This document shows positions 31,546 to 41,834 of a stretch of DNA of 64,000 bases, one piece after another. The notes beneath the pieces were generated by a model, which made no database searches, was not told the DNA's origin, and worked only from the letters and a program-made list of their open reading frames with translations. Numbering within the stretch: position 1 is the stretch's first letter; each line of letters begins with the position of its first letter. Source of the DNA: Promethearchaeota archaeon (GTDB lineage Archaea; Asgardarchaeota; Lokiarchaeia; Sigyniarchaeales; SOKP01); contig JBHLOY010000001.1 of the NCBI GenBank assembly GCA_048939995.1, forward strand, positions 160,001 through 224,000. The letters are read 5' to 3'. The translations under genes and the position numbers were made by a program.

Positions 31546-32139
31546 ATGAAATTAAATAGAATCTTTGAGAATAAATTTGTACTTTTTTGTGTTCAGTTCT
31601 TAATTTTAAGCTTAATCTTATTCCTTTTTAGATATAATTTTAATATAAGCTTCGATTCTGTTACTTTTGATATACATCGGCAAATTATCCAATTTTTAGC
31701 AAATTATATAATGTATGATAATTGGTCAAGTTTATTATTAATTTATATTATATGGATTTTAGTTTCCTTAATCCCAATTTTCATTTATAGGAATTTTAGG
31801 AAAGTTTATTCGATAAATTTGTTAACTTTCTTCTTACCAAACTTTTTCTTTTATGTTTTTTTGAGTAGATACTCCCCCAACTACTTTAACTTAGAACTTT
31901 TTAATCTTATGACAAAAACTATTGTTTTATGCATTGTTATTGTCATTTTTTCAATTGGAGCGTCTTTACTTGTAGCAAAATTATTCAAGGAAGATTATGC
32001 AATAACACAAGAAGATTTTGAGCTCATTCAAAAACAAACTACTATTACTTGTCCAAATTGTGGAACCCATTTTAAATCAATTCCTAAATATTGCTATAAT
32101 TGTAATTCAGAATTAATAAGTGAAGAAAGAAACGAGTGA
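31546..32139 (+). CDS. Membrane protein with C-terminal Zn ribbon
   Basis: About 4 hydrophobic helices, then CPNCG..F...PKYCYNC. Confidence 0.75.
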   Translation: MKLNRIFENKFVLFCVQFLILSLILFLFRYNFNISFDSVTFDIHRQIIQFLANYIMYDNWSSLLLIYIIWILVSLIPIFIYRNFRKVYSINLLTFFLPNFFFYVFLSRYSPNYFNLELFNLMTKTIVLCIVIVIFSIGASLLVAKLFKEDYAITQEDFELIQKQTTITCPNCGTHFKSIPKYCYNCNSELISEERNE

Positions 32140-33113
32140 GAAAGAAACAAATGGCTGGTGAATGGATTGCTATATTAGCAGTATTCTCTTTTATAATATC
32201 TAGTGTTCTTTTTCGAAAGACTGAAGTGCAAACCAGTCCTATTTTTATAAATTTCATTCGAACTGCTATTGGTACAATTACTTTCGTAATTTTAGCCGTT
32301 ATCTCGCAAATTTTCTTTACAATTTTTTTATTACCGATTGAATTATGGGTTTTATTATGTGTTAGTTTCTTATTTGGACAAGTTATAGGTGATACTTCTT
32401 ACTTTCAGGCTCAAAAAAGGTTAGGGACTACAATGGCATTAGCTATCTCAATGACCTTTCCTTTTTTCACCATCCTCTTCTCATTAATTTTCTTAAATCG
32501 TCCGCTTAAGTTTAATTTAATATTATCTTTGATTTTTATTAGTAGTGGAATAATAATTATTAGTAAAACAAAAATTTCAGGAGAAAAATTTGAATCAATT
32601 AATCACCAAGAGAAGCAAAAAATTAAGGCTTTTTTATCAAAAGCGTCATTTAAAGCAGTAATTTTTGCTTTAGTTGCTGCGTTAACTTGGGCAATGGGAC
32701 TAGTTATGATAGATTTTGCTACAAATGAAATTAATGAAATCCTTAACCTAGAGGGCTTAAGTTCTGTAATAGGAAATTTAATTAGATTTCCTTTTGCTCT
32801 ACTAATTTTGTCCTTAATGGTTTTTACAGAAAAAGTATATCATAAAAAAGGAAAGATTAATTCTCTTCAGAAAAGAACCCCAAAAACATGGGCATTTTTA
32901 ATAATTGCATCATTAATCGGCACCTCTTTAGGAGCCTACTTATTTACTGAAGCTGCTCGAACAGCGGGAGCAACTGTGATGTCTCTAATAGCAAGTGCAA
33001 GCCCTCTCTTTTCCTTACCTTTTGCTTACTGGATCAATAAAGAAAAGATTACTAAGCTAGGATTTATAGGTGTATTACTGACTATTATTGGAGTGATAAT
33101 AGTGATAGTTTGA
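32136..33113 (+). CDS. DMT/EamA-family transporter
   Basis: Two EamA-like repeats, about 10 TM helices, IGDTSYF, SPLF...EKI. Confidence 0.9.
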   Translation: MRKKQMAGEWIAILAVFSFIISSVLFRKTEVQTSPIFINFIRTAIGTITFVILAVISQIFFTIFLLPIELWVLLCVSFLFGQVIGDTSYFQAQKRLGTTMALAISMTFPFFTILFSLIFLNRPLKFNLILSLIFISSGIIIISKTKISGEKFESINHQEKQKIKAFLSKASFKAVIFALVAALTWAMGLVMIDFATNEINEILNLEGLSSVIGNLIRFPFALLILSLMVFTEKVYHKKGKINSLQKRTPKTWAFLIIASLIGTSLGAYLFTEAARTAGATVMSLIASASPLFSLPFAYWINKEKITKLGFIGVLLTIIGVIIVIV

Positions 33114-33128
33114 GAAATGTTAAAAATA

Positions 33129-33704
33129 TTAAAGAATCTTATCATACCCGAATTCATTCTTTTTTAAAATTAGAGCTGCCATTTCTTCGAAAATCTTTCT
33201 AATATTGATGTTTTCCTTTGAGGAGGTGGCATAATAAGGAATATTATTGTGTTTCTTTCGAAAACTCTCAATTACTAAATCATCAACTCTTTTTTTATCT
33301 TTAATTAAATCAAGTTTACAGCCAACTAAGACTTTTGGAATATCTTGAGGCATCAGCTTTTGTAAATGTTCGTTCCACCAATCTAAACCAAGTAATGTAT
33401 TATTAAGATTATAAAGACTGAATACGTAAAAAATACCATTTGCTCCATGTATATAATAGCTAAACATTTTTTTGAATTGTTCTTGTCCTCCAAAATCCCA
33501 GATACTGAAACGTAAAAAGTTTTTTTCCTCATTAATAATAATAGGCATGTCATAGGTGTAGAAATCTATTCCTATTGTAAGTTTAGTATCTGCATCAAAA
33601 GTATCAAAACATAACCTTCTTGCTATGCATGTTTTACCCACGAAAGCATGCCCCAGTAGGCAAATCTTGAATATATAGGCGGGTTTTTCCTCTTGTTGAA
33701 ACAT
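33129..33704 (-). CDS. Rab-like small GTPase
   Basis: FKICLLGHAFVGKT, TIGIDF, IWDFGGQEQF, GCKLD, TSSK. Confidence 0.92.
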   Translation of the reverse strand: MFQQEEKPAYIFKICLLGHAFVGKTCIARRLCFDTFDADTKLTIGIDFYTYDMPIIINEEKNFLRFSIWDFGGQEQFKKMFSYYIHGANGIFYVFSLYNLNNTLLGLDWWNEHLQKLMPQDIPKVLVGCKLDLIKDKKRVDDLVIESFRKKHNNIPYYATSSKENINIRKIFEEMAALILKKNEFGYDKIL

Positions 33705-34426
33705 TATATTATCTCACAATTCTGCCTATAATTAAAAAAGTTTTCTTTATAGATAGAACAATATATTTAATTTTAAATCTTTATGTCTTTTTCTTATTTT
33801 TATGATTGTGTCTATGGAATATGTCCTAAAGGTCATAAAAAAATGATTGATGTTTAGTAATTGGAGAAAAAAAGTTTTAGCTTTATTTTTAAGTTTGAAC
33901 TAATAAGCAAAATTGAATACTATTGCAAATTACCTCTAGTTAAATAAATCTTATTACATTTATCGTTTCCATATGGATTAAAATTGAGTATGATCCCAAT
34001 TATTTCTATTTGTATTTTGCTTTTTATTGATTTTCTACAGAAGATTTCAGTAATAAGTCAGCTACCGTCAAGCTAGATAACAAAGATATATTAAAGTTTT
34101 TATTAGAAGGCATATATCTTAAGTTTAAGTCAATAGGTTCCATTAAATTATTTGATATTAAAGATATCTAAAAGTAAAACATTACTATTTGAACCCAAAA
34201 ATTGATCAAAAATTAACAATCCATTTCACTAGTTAAAAAAAATATTTTTTGTATCCCCAAATTTTTTTGTCGATCAAAAGTGGATAATCTTATCATTGGA
34301 ATTCATATCTTCAACCAACATATTTAAATAGAAGTAATACCAATTTAGAAATAAGAACGTTAAATTGTATGAAAAATTTAACTCTTCTCTAAAAAAAATA
34401 ACAAATAAAAAGTGGAGGAATAGAAA

Positions 34427-34633
34427 ATGGCTGCATTTGCCTGGTCACCATTACGTTCTTTAATGAAAAAAGCTGGTGCTGAAATTGTGAGTCGTGCTGC
34501 AGTTGATAAATTAATGGATTATTTAGAAGAATATGCAAAGGAACTTACAACTTGCGCTTTAGACATCGCAAAGCACTCTGGCCGAAAGAAGGTAACTCAG
34601 GCTGATATGAAACTTGCTATCGGTATGATGTAA
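34427..34633 (+). CDS. Archaeal histone (HMf-like)
   Basis: SPLRSLMKKAGAEIVSRAA...AKHSGRKKV...D; GGAGG SD. Confidence 0.95.
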   Translation: MAAFAWSPLRSLMKKAGAEIVSRAAVDKLMDYLEEYAKELTTCALDIAKHSGRKKVTQADMKLAIGMM

Positions 34634-34666
34634 ACCGATAGAACAATTTGGGTCAAATTTTAATAA

Positions 34667-34683
34667 TTTTTTCTTTTTTTTTT
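34667..34683 (+). terminator. Oligo-T tract downstream of the histone gene
   Basis: Run of about 16 T interrupted by one C, between convergent genes; fits archaeal U-tract termination. Confidence 0.45.
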
Positions 34684-35131
34684 AAAATTTATATATAGTA
34701 TCACAGCAAGAATCTCCTTCTGCAACAGTATTTAGAATCTCTAATTTTATATTATCATTTACAGCTGTGCGAAAGTATTCATGATCTATTTCCATCACAG
34801 CTTCACATAATTCTCGTGATGTGTTTTCTAATCCAAAAGGGCATTTGGTACCTTGAATATGGAATAAATTGTCTGAAATTGATACGACCTTAACATATCT
34901 CTGATCAAAACTTTTTGAAAAAGCCATTGCAACAGTTATTAATTTATTATCAGATAGTTTAGCTTTAATTTTTAAGCCCAGAGCCCGTCCCTGCTTTCTA
35001 CATACCTCTGTGATCAAGGGTAATGCTTCTTCTCCAAATTTTTTATAAAAAGCTTTAATCATTATTCCTTGAGCTTCAATAGGATTAGTTGGCAGATTTT
35101 GATCGCTTGGTTCTTCCATACTATAATTCAA
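34682..35131 (-). CDS. V4R-like / ATC-hydrolase-like small ligand-binding domain protein
   Basis: KCPFG, LCEAVMEID, TVAEGDSCC. Confidence 0.7.
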   Translation of the reverse strand: MNYSMEEPSDQNLPTNPIEAQGIMIKAFYKKFGEEALPLITEVCRKQGRALGLKIKAKLSDNKLITVAMAFSKSFDQRYVKVVSISDNLFHIQGTKCPFGLENTSRELCEAVMEIDHEYFRTAVNDNIKLEILNTVAEGDSCCDTIYKF

Positions 35132-35490
35132 TTAATGATACAAATTTTTAATTATATGAAAGAATTAACTCTACACTATTGAAATTTACTATTTGAAATT
35201 TCGTGCAACATTTTTTGGAAAAAAAGTATAATCCCCATAATACGGCAATTGACATTCCTTTGGGTATAAAAAATTATTCTCAACTCAATAGCAGCTTTTA
35301 ATCCCCTTCAATGGACTATTTGCTCATTATTACTTTCTTTTTAACATTTTACAAATGTTGTACTATGATTCATAATGAAAAATGTATGATAAAAAAAATT
35401 ACTAAATTAATAATATCTTTTCGTTTATATTGAGTTCTTTCTGTTTTTCTATGAGACAATTTTATTATAGATAGGAGGAGGAGCTTAATT

Positions 35491-35784
35491 ATTCCAACCA
35501 AAACCATTAGATTTAATGAGAAAGACGAAAAGATTTTATATGATAATTGGAATATAGAAATAGTCAGAGAGTTTAAAGCTTTCTTAAAGAAAAAGCTTTC
35601 TTTAGAACAGAAGTTAGAGTCCTATATTTTAAATTCAGATAATCCAAAAGAAACGAAACAACGACTTATAAAAGAAAAATTGAAATTGATCAAATTTATG
35701 ATGAGAAAGGGGGCATCTCAAGAAACTTTAGACAGATTAAGTAGGGAATATTTTCAGCTAAGAAATGTTCAAGATTCTTGTTAA
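35491..35784 (+). CDS. 97-aa protein missing from the ORF track; ATT start; ribbon-helix-helix-like N-terminus
   Basis: AGGAGGAGGAG (35473-35483) precedes ATT ATT CCA ACC AAA ACC ATT AGA TTT; 98 codons to TAA 35784; in-frame TGA upstream at 35452. Confidence 0.65.
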   Translation: MPTKTIRFNEKDEKILYDNWNIEIVREFKAFLKKKLSLEQKLESYILNSDNPKETKQRLIKEKLKLIKFMMRKGASQETLDRLSREYFQLRNVQDSC

Positions 35785-35943
35785 ATATTAAATCTATTTC
35801 TCTTTTTTTAAAAATTAAAAAAATACTAAATTTTACAATAACCCTTTTAATTATTTTTATAGTTTGTATTTATAGAGATTCTATTATATTATGTAAATAA
35901 TTTATTCTTTTTTATGTGAAGCTGACAAAATTAGAATACAAAA

Positions 35944-37377
35944 ATGAAAAAGTTAACGTATGATAAAGTCCCTCTAAAAATTAAGTTTTTTGGAGGATTT
36001 GGAGCGTTTGGGATTAATTTAACGACAGGATTATTTTTAACATGGACTCAAATCTTTTACATTAATATGATTTTAATTGATCCCTTGATGTGGGCGCTTG
36101 CTTGGATTATATATTTCATATGGAATGCGCTTAACGACCCTATTTTTGGTCATATTTCAGATAAAACCCGAACTAAATACGGACGGAGAATTCCATATTT
36201 AATGATATGCGGTCCCTTATTATCAATTAGTTTTATATGCATATATCTTGTACCAGCTTATAGTTCTTCTTGGATTAAATTTAGCTGGTTATTAATTTCC
36301 TTATTATTATATGATTCTTTTTTTACAATGGTCTCTTTATGTTTTAGTTCATTATTAGCAGAATTGTCGATAAATCCAGAGGAGAGAGCATTAATTAACA
36401 TCTTTTCAGGATTAGGAGCAGGAGTTGCTGTTGCGCTAACTTATGCTCTTCCTATTTTATTCATATTTTTTAATCCAATGCCACTTGTTGAGGAAATCTT
36501 CACGTTTCAAATTATAGCATTAATTTTAGCTATATCTGGAGCAATATTTCTATCCATTACGTCATTTGGTATTAAAGAACGTCCTGAACTACTACCAGAA
36601 AAAGAAGAAACCCTAGACTTATGGCATTCTATAAAAAATGTCTTAAAAAATAAGAGTTTCCAAACGTATGTGATTTTTAACTTCACAATGGCTTATGTTT
36701 TATTTTCTGTGAATTCGAACTTACCCTTTTACTTAGAATATGTGTTAAATCTTTCATTAGAAAACATTATCTCATCCACTCCTTTACTACTTTTTCTTAT
36801 TTTTACGGTAATAGGACTTCCGGTAGGATTAGCACTTACAAAAAGGAAAGGAAATAAACGAGCCCTTTTCTACCTTTCGATTCTAGGTTTAACAGGATTC
36901 ATTCTTCTTACTTTTGCAGATAATATATACCTTGTGAATATCTCATTTGTTATTATTGGATTTGGTTTCTCAGGTCAAAGTCTATTAGTTTTTACCTTAT
37001 TAGGTGACATTATTGATAAAGATGAATTAGAGACTGGTGTTCGCAGAGAAGGGGCGTATTTTGGAACGGATGCCTTGATTACAAGGCCAGCTCAGTCATT
37101 AGCTGCAGGAATTTCAGGTTTAATCTTTTTTCTTACAAATTTTCAACAAAGTCTAGCAGAGGGAGAAAGTCAACCCGAAAGTGCGATTATTGGCATAAAA
37201 TTGTTATTGGGAATTATTCCTGCAATTTTTATTATTTTAGGGTTAATCTCTCTCTGGTATTATCCTTTAGACCCTTTAACAAAAGATTACAAAGAAATCA
37301 AAAAGCAAGTACTAGTTTTACATGAAGAGAAATTACATAGATTAAAAGAAAGATTGGGAAAAAAATCAGAGAATTAA
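35944..37377 (+). CDS. MFS transporter, GPH/MelB-like sugar symporter
   Basis: WNALNDPIFGHISDKTRTKYGRRIPY, DIIDKDELETGVRREGAYFG. Confidence 0.93.
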   Translation: MKKLTYDKVPLKIKFFGGFGAFGINLTTGLFLTWTQIFYINMILIDPLMWALAWIIYFIWNALNDPIFGHISDKTRTKYGRRIPYLMICGPLLSISFICIYLVPAYSSSWIKFSWLLISLLLYDSFFTMVSLCFSSLLAELSINPEERALINIFSGLGAGVAVALTYALPILFIFFNPMPLVEEIFTFQIIALILAISGAIFLSITSFGIKERPELLPEKEETLDLWHSIKNVLKNKSFQTYVIFNFTMAYVLFSVNSNLPFYLEYVLNLSLENIISSTPLLLFLIFTVIGLPVGLALTKRKGNKRALFYLSILGLTGFILLTFADNIYLVNISFVIIGFGFSGQSLLVFTLLGDIIDKDELETGVRREGAYFGTDALITRPAQSLAAGISGLIFFLTNFQQSLAEGESQPESAIIGIKLLLGIIPAIFIILGLISLWYYPLDPLTKDYKEIKKQVLVLHEEKLHRLKERLGKKSEN

Positions 37378-37482
37378 TTTTTGACTTTTCTTATGTCCCT
37401 TTCTAATATAAACATAAATGATGCATTTTGGACAAAAAGTCAAAATGTTAATAATAAAACCTCAATACATCTACTTGATGAT

Positions 37483-38358
37483 CTATGCCTCACTTCTAAA
37501 AATTTCTATGATTGGAGCATAATCTAATTCTTCTTGTGGTTTTTCATAGTAACTAACATTTTCATTTAACTCTTCTACATTCTTCACTCCCATAAGAATT
37601 AAAGACACTCCCTGAAGGGATTTAATATAACTTATACATTTACATGGAGTGATTTCTTTAGGAATCTTCTGTTTAAGGCTTAGTCCCCCTGTTTGATATT
37701 TTGCAATACTCACAGTTTTATTCTGCATTAAAATTCTACCTGCTGCAAACGGCTTTATTGCTACTAATCCTACTTTATTTTTTAAACATTCCTCAAGGAG
37801 CTCAGTTCTTCCTGGTAACCCATGATTTACTATATTAATAGGAAACATTATCATATCAAAACTTCCACTTTTAATCGCTCGTTTAGCTACAGTGATATCA
37901 TGGGTGCTTAATCCTAAATGCTTTGCTTTTCCCTCGTCTTGAAATGATTTTGCCATGTCTAATAAACCTTTGGGTTTCATAATTTTATCAAGTTCATTTT
38001 TCCCGACAAATTGAATATTTAGAATATCAACGTATTCTGTTCCTAAAATTGACAATATCCTTAGAAATGCTTTTTCACATTCCTGTAAGTTTCTATTCTT
38101 TTTAGGTCTACCTTCTATCTCAATAGTTCCAAGATGTCCTGCTATTATTAAATCATCTCTATAGTTTTTTAAGGAGAAAGCTAACTTCTTAAGATAATGT
38201 TGAACAGAAAAGAGAATGTCGAAGTAATTGATTTTATTTTCAATAGCACTGACAATCACTGAATCTACTATTGCTTGTGTTTGTCCGAATAAATGCTCAG
38301 TACCTATTCCTAATTCACTTACCTTTAATCCTGTTCTCCCTAACTCTTTAAATTGCAT
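37483..38358 (-). CDS. Aldo/keto reductase family protein
   Basis: LGRTGLKVSELGIG, INYFD, GKAKHLGLSTH, AIKPFAAG. Confidence 0.9.
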   Translation of the reverse strand: MQFKELGRTGLKVSELGIGTEHLFGQTQAIVDSVIVSAIENKINYFDILFSVQHYLKKLAFSLKNYRDDLIIAGHLGTIEIEGRPKKNRNLQECEKAFLRILSILGTEYVDILNIQFVGKNELDKIMKPKGLLDMAKSFQDEGKAKHLGLSTHDITVAKRAIKSGSFDMIMFPINIVNHGLPGRTELLEECLKNKVGLVAIKPFAAGRILMQNKTVSIAKYQTGGLSLKQKIPKEITPCKCISYIKSLQGVSLILMGVKNVEELNENVSYYEKPQEELDYAPIIEIFRSEA

Positions 38359-38452
38359 ACTTTAACCTAAATATATTATTTGTAATGATTAGAATGATGA
38401 GGAATTATAAAACTTATATCCAGACTGCGATTACTGATTTATTGTATCAAAA

Positions 38453-39010
38453 TTAAAAATCCTCATGTTTCTCTATAGTTCCATATCGTTCGAAGAGAGT
38501 TTCTGTTATTACGTTAAAAGCTTCTTCCACATTTTGACCTGTCTTTGAGGATAATTCTACAAACGAGGAGAGATTATACTTTTTGGCAGCTAATATTCCT
38601 TCTTCTCTTGGTACAGATCTATATTCTTCTAAATCTAATTTAGACCCTATTAACATAATGGGAATATCACCTGAATGTTCTCGAATAATTTGTGTCCAAT
38701 CCGGTAAGTGATCCAATGATAAACGATTTGTAATATCATAAAGAAAAAACGCTGCATTTGCACCCTTACAATACTGATGAAGCAAAAATCTAAAGCGTTC
38801 TTCACCACCAAAATCCCATATTTGTAATTTTACTTTCTTCTCTTGAAAATATGTAGTTTTTGAATAAAAATCTACCCCAATGGTTAACTTGAGATCTTCT
38901 AAAAAAAATCCGGAGATATATCTAATTGTAAGTGATGTTTTTCCGACAGAGGCGTCTCCTAACATCATCAATTTGAAAGTAAAATCATAATCCGTCATAT
39001 ATCTCAACAA
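38453..39010 (-). CDS. Rab-like small GTPase
   Basis: FKLMMLGDASVGKT, TIGVDF, LQIWDFGGEERFR, GSKLD, ELSSKTG. Confidence 0.94.
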   Translation of the reverse strand: MLRYMTDYDFTFKLMMLGDASVGKTSLTIRYISGFFLEDLKLTIGVDFYSKTTYFQEKKVKLQIWDFGGEERFRFLLHQYCKGANAAFFLYDITNRLSLDHLPDWTQIIREHSGDIPIMLIGSKLDLEEYRSVPREEGILAAKKYNLSSFVELSSKTGQNVEEAFNVITETLFERYGTIEKHEDF

Positions 39011-39162
39011 TGGAAATTCTTTAGCAAATATTATTAGATTTTTTTAAATTACTCTAAATAATTAATAAAGTATAAGATTTTATTATTTTCTTTTAATAAG
39101 AATTATATCTATTATTATTTAATAATTCTTTTTAATAGGGATTTTTTCTGATATGATAGTGG

Positions 39163-39816
39163 TCATATAACTAAGATTAAAATGTTAAATACAGAATGAG
39201 CAATTATACATACCATTAAAGATCTATTTGAGTAAATAAAAATAAGACCAAGTAAGAACCCTAATAAAAAATAATAACCAAAATATGCAATAATTGTTTG
39301 TACTGGAACTAAGAAGGGAGGTAAATGATAAATCGTGAAAAAAGTCGAAGATATTAGTACCGCATAAATCAATTTTAATTTTCGTTTTAATTTCTGAATA
39401 AAAAAACCTCTAAAGAATCCTTCTTCGGAAGGACTTGTAACTAAAACCTGTATAATGATTAGAAGAGTGATTTCTAAAAGATTTGGTTTTATAGGTTCTG
39501 TAATAATCCTATTTGAGATCCCTTCTTCTACAAATTGTATTCCAAGTAAAATTGTAATTAATATATCCCTATATAAAAATAATAATAATCCTGCAAATAA
39601 GTATAAAAAAATTCCTAGGTCTATACCTATAATTATTTTTAAAAAACTATTTAGAATACTTTTAGAGTCTCTAACAAAACCAATCTCTTTAAATTCGGCT
39701 TTAAGTGGCTTTTTTCCTAATACTGCAGAAATAACCAAAGGAATGATTAAAATAATTAACTCAAGAATCATTAATAGGATGAGAAGCCAAAAATCTTCTC
39801 CTAGTTGAATTGTTAT
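39163..39816 (-). CDS. CPBP/CAAX (Rce1-like) intramembrane protease; start ATG 39771 or ATA 39816
   Basis: SEEGFFRG, FTIYH, AHSVFN all intact; GAGGT 7 nt before an in-frame ATA. Confidence 0.88.
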   Translation of the reverse strand: MTIQLGEDFWLLILLMILELIILIIPLVISAVLGKKPLKAEFKEIGFVRDSKSILNSFLKIIIGIDLGIFLYLFAGLLLFLYRDILITILLGIQFVEEGISNRIITEPIKPNLLEITLLIIIQVLVTSPSEEGFFRGFFIQKLKRKLKLIYAVLISSTFFTIYHLPPFLVPVQTIIAYFGYYFLLGFLLGLIFIYSNRSLMVCIIAHSVFNILILVI

Positions 39817-39890
39817 ATTAACGACCTCTGAAAATTATAAAATTAATTAACCCGTTATTATAATATTTATTCTCTCGATTTATAATTCTA

Positions 39891-41147
39891 ATGACAATTA
39901 AAGGTAATTTTTTTAAGACTGAGAACGTTCCAAAAGTTCAAGATTCAATAGGTTTAACTAAGGAACAAATTTTATTAAATGATCTTAAGCAAATTGCCCA
40001 TGAATATTTAGAAATCGAAGATTTAAAAAAAAAATTTGTTGATATTATTTTAAAAAATCTTAAGGATTTAGATCTTTCTGAATTGTTAAAATATCCTAAT
40101 TATGATATAAAAGAAAATTTAATAAAAAATGCAGTGTTTCCAGCCAATATTCGGGGGTTAAACGTTGTAAGTGTGGATGGAAGTTCTGTATTGAAAAAAT
40201 TTATGAATATTGACCTTTCTTTCTTGAAGGCTATTGCGGTTAAATATCATTTCTATCAAAATGATTCCTCCAAAATCGATTATTTTCCAGATATAAGTGG
40301 ATATAACAACTATAAAGTACAAGGAACCTATGTAAATCGTGAAGAAAGCGAAGTTGAAACTACTGTCTCAATGGATATGACATACATGGAATTGAATTTG
40401 CTAAATAATCTCATTTCAAAAAATTCTGATATTGATCTTATCATATTAGATGGATCAATAGTAATAATGCCCATAAATTATATATTCTCAAAAGATATTG
40501 AACTTTCAAGAAGATATGACATATTACTAAAGGAATATGAAAAATTATATTATAATTGTAAAGAGAATGGAATTATATTAATCGGTTCAATTAAAGATAC
40601 TAGAACATCTGCTTTAACAAATACGCTTAGAAGCTCCATACAGATGCTAAAACCAAGCACAACAAGATTACATGATTTCCTTAATATAAATTATCGCCAA
40701 TTAATGGAATATTTTTCAGATTTAGACTTATTTAGTCGTATTTTAAACAAATCAGAAAGAAGTTGTATTTTTAATTGTAAAAGAGAAGTAGATAAAATAA
40801 GAGATACTGGCATAAAAAAAGAAATACCATACTATTTTCCTTTCAACTTTTACGCATTCTATTTAAAAACAGCATTACACGATTCTCCATGTCGATTTGA
40901 ATTTTTTATGGATTATAAAAGTTCGAATAAAGAAGCTACAAAAAAAGCAGACTTAATTTCATCAATTTTATTACCAATTTCAAGTCTTAATGAATTTTAT
41001 GGACTTCCAATACCACAAGTCGAGGCTCATAGAAGAGCTGCATTTAAACCTCAAGAATTGGGTCTCTTATTTAACAATTTAACTAGAACATTAAGTAAGA
41101 ATGGAATATTCCTGAAAGAAAAGAGGAGAATGAGAAGACCATTTTAA
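39891..41147 (+). CDS. nurA: NurA-family nuclease
   Basis: VSVDGS, IILDGSI, GSIKD, YGLPIPQVEAHRRA. Confidence 0.85.
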   Translation: MTIKGNFFKTENVPKVQDSIGLTKEQILLNDLKQIAHEYLEIEDLKKKFVDIILKNLKDLDLSELLKYPNYDIKENLIKNAVFPANIRGLNVVSVDGSSVLKKFMNIDLSFLKAIAVKYHFYQNDSSKIDYFPDISGYNNYKVQGTYVNREESEVETTVSMDMTYMELNLLNNLISKNSDIDLIILDGSIVIMPINYIFSKDIELSRRYDILLKEYEKLYYNCKENGIILIGSIKDTRTSALTNTLRSSIQMLKPSTTRLHDFLNINYRQLMEYFSDLDLFSRILNKSERSCIFNCKREVDKIRDTGIKKEIPYYFPFNFYAFYLKTALHDSPCRFEFFMDYKSSNKEATKKADLISSILLPISSLNEFYGLPIPQVEAHRRAAFKPQELGLLFNNLTRTLSKNGIFLKEKRRMRRPF

Positions 41148-41152
41148 TTATT

Positions 41153-41824
41153 TTACTTTATATAGATTTCGAGCCGATTTAGTATTATATCTTCAAAAAA
41201 AACATGCTTTTTTCTTAATATTTTATGTATAAACCCTCTTTCTCGACAAATTTTATTTATTTGTTTACTATGAACTATACTCGAACTGATGAAATATATA
41301 TAATTTTTTTTATTCCCTTCGATAAATTCAATGACTTCGTCGAGAAAGCTTTCTAAGATCTCAATTCCCTTTACTCCTCCATTCCAGCTAAGGTCAAAAG
41401 GTATTTTATTACCTTTAATTGATGGTAGATAGGGGGGATTGAATATGATAATGTTAAACTTCTGTTTTAATCTCTGAGGGAATGATTTAAACAAATCTGA
41501 TTGAAGGAATATTATGTCTTCTTCAAAATTATTTAATTTTTCGTTTAATTTAGCGCAATGGATTGCTTCCTCTATAATATCAGAAGCGTATATTTGTGGT
41601 TTAAAATTTGGATAAACTTTTTTTATCAATAAAAGAAAAATAGCAATAATTCCTGTGCCAGTCCCCATATCTAAAACATTTGTAATAGAATCAAATTCTA
41701 TACTATCAAAATGAGTAGAGGTTATATTTTCTTTGAAATAATCGATTATCAAATAAGAATCATCAGAGGGGCTATAAACATTTTCTGATTTGTTAGAAAT
41801 AAAAGGATCAGGTATTTCCTTGAT
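41153..41824 (-). CDS. HemK2/PrmC-like (N5-glutamine) methyltransferase; probable ATC start at 41824
   Basis: LDMGTGTG, FNPPYLP, WNGG..G. Conserved VYSPSDDSYL lies upstream of TTG 41752; AGGTGA SD 6 nt before the ATC. Confidence 0.9.
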   Translation of the reverse strand: MKEIPDPFISNKSENVYSPSDDSYLIIDYFKENITSTHFDSIEFDSITNVLDMGTGTGIIAIFLLLIKKVYPNFKPQIYASDIIEEAIHCAKLNEKLNNFEEDIIFLQSDLFKSFPQRLKQKFNIIIFNPPYLPSIKGNKIPFDLSWNGGVKGIEILESFLDEVIEFIEGNKKNYIYFISSSIVHSKQINKICRERGFIHKILRKKHVFFEDIILNRLEIYIK

Positions 41825-41834
41825 GTTGATTCAC

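Noticed and set aside
33705-34426. 720-nt non-coding gap upstream of the histone gene as a possible RNA gene
   Set aside because: Very AT-rich, with no tRNA cloverleaf, clear C/D boxes or stable stems; probably divergent promoter DNA.
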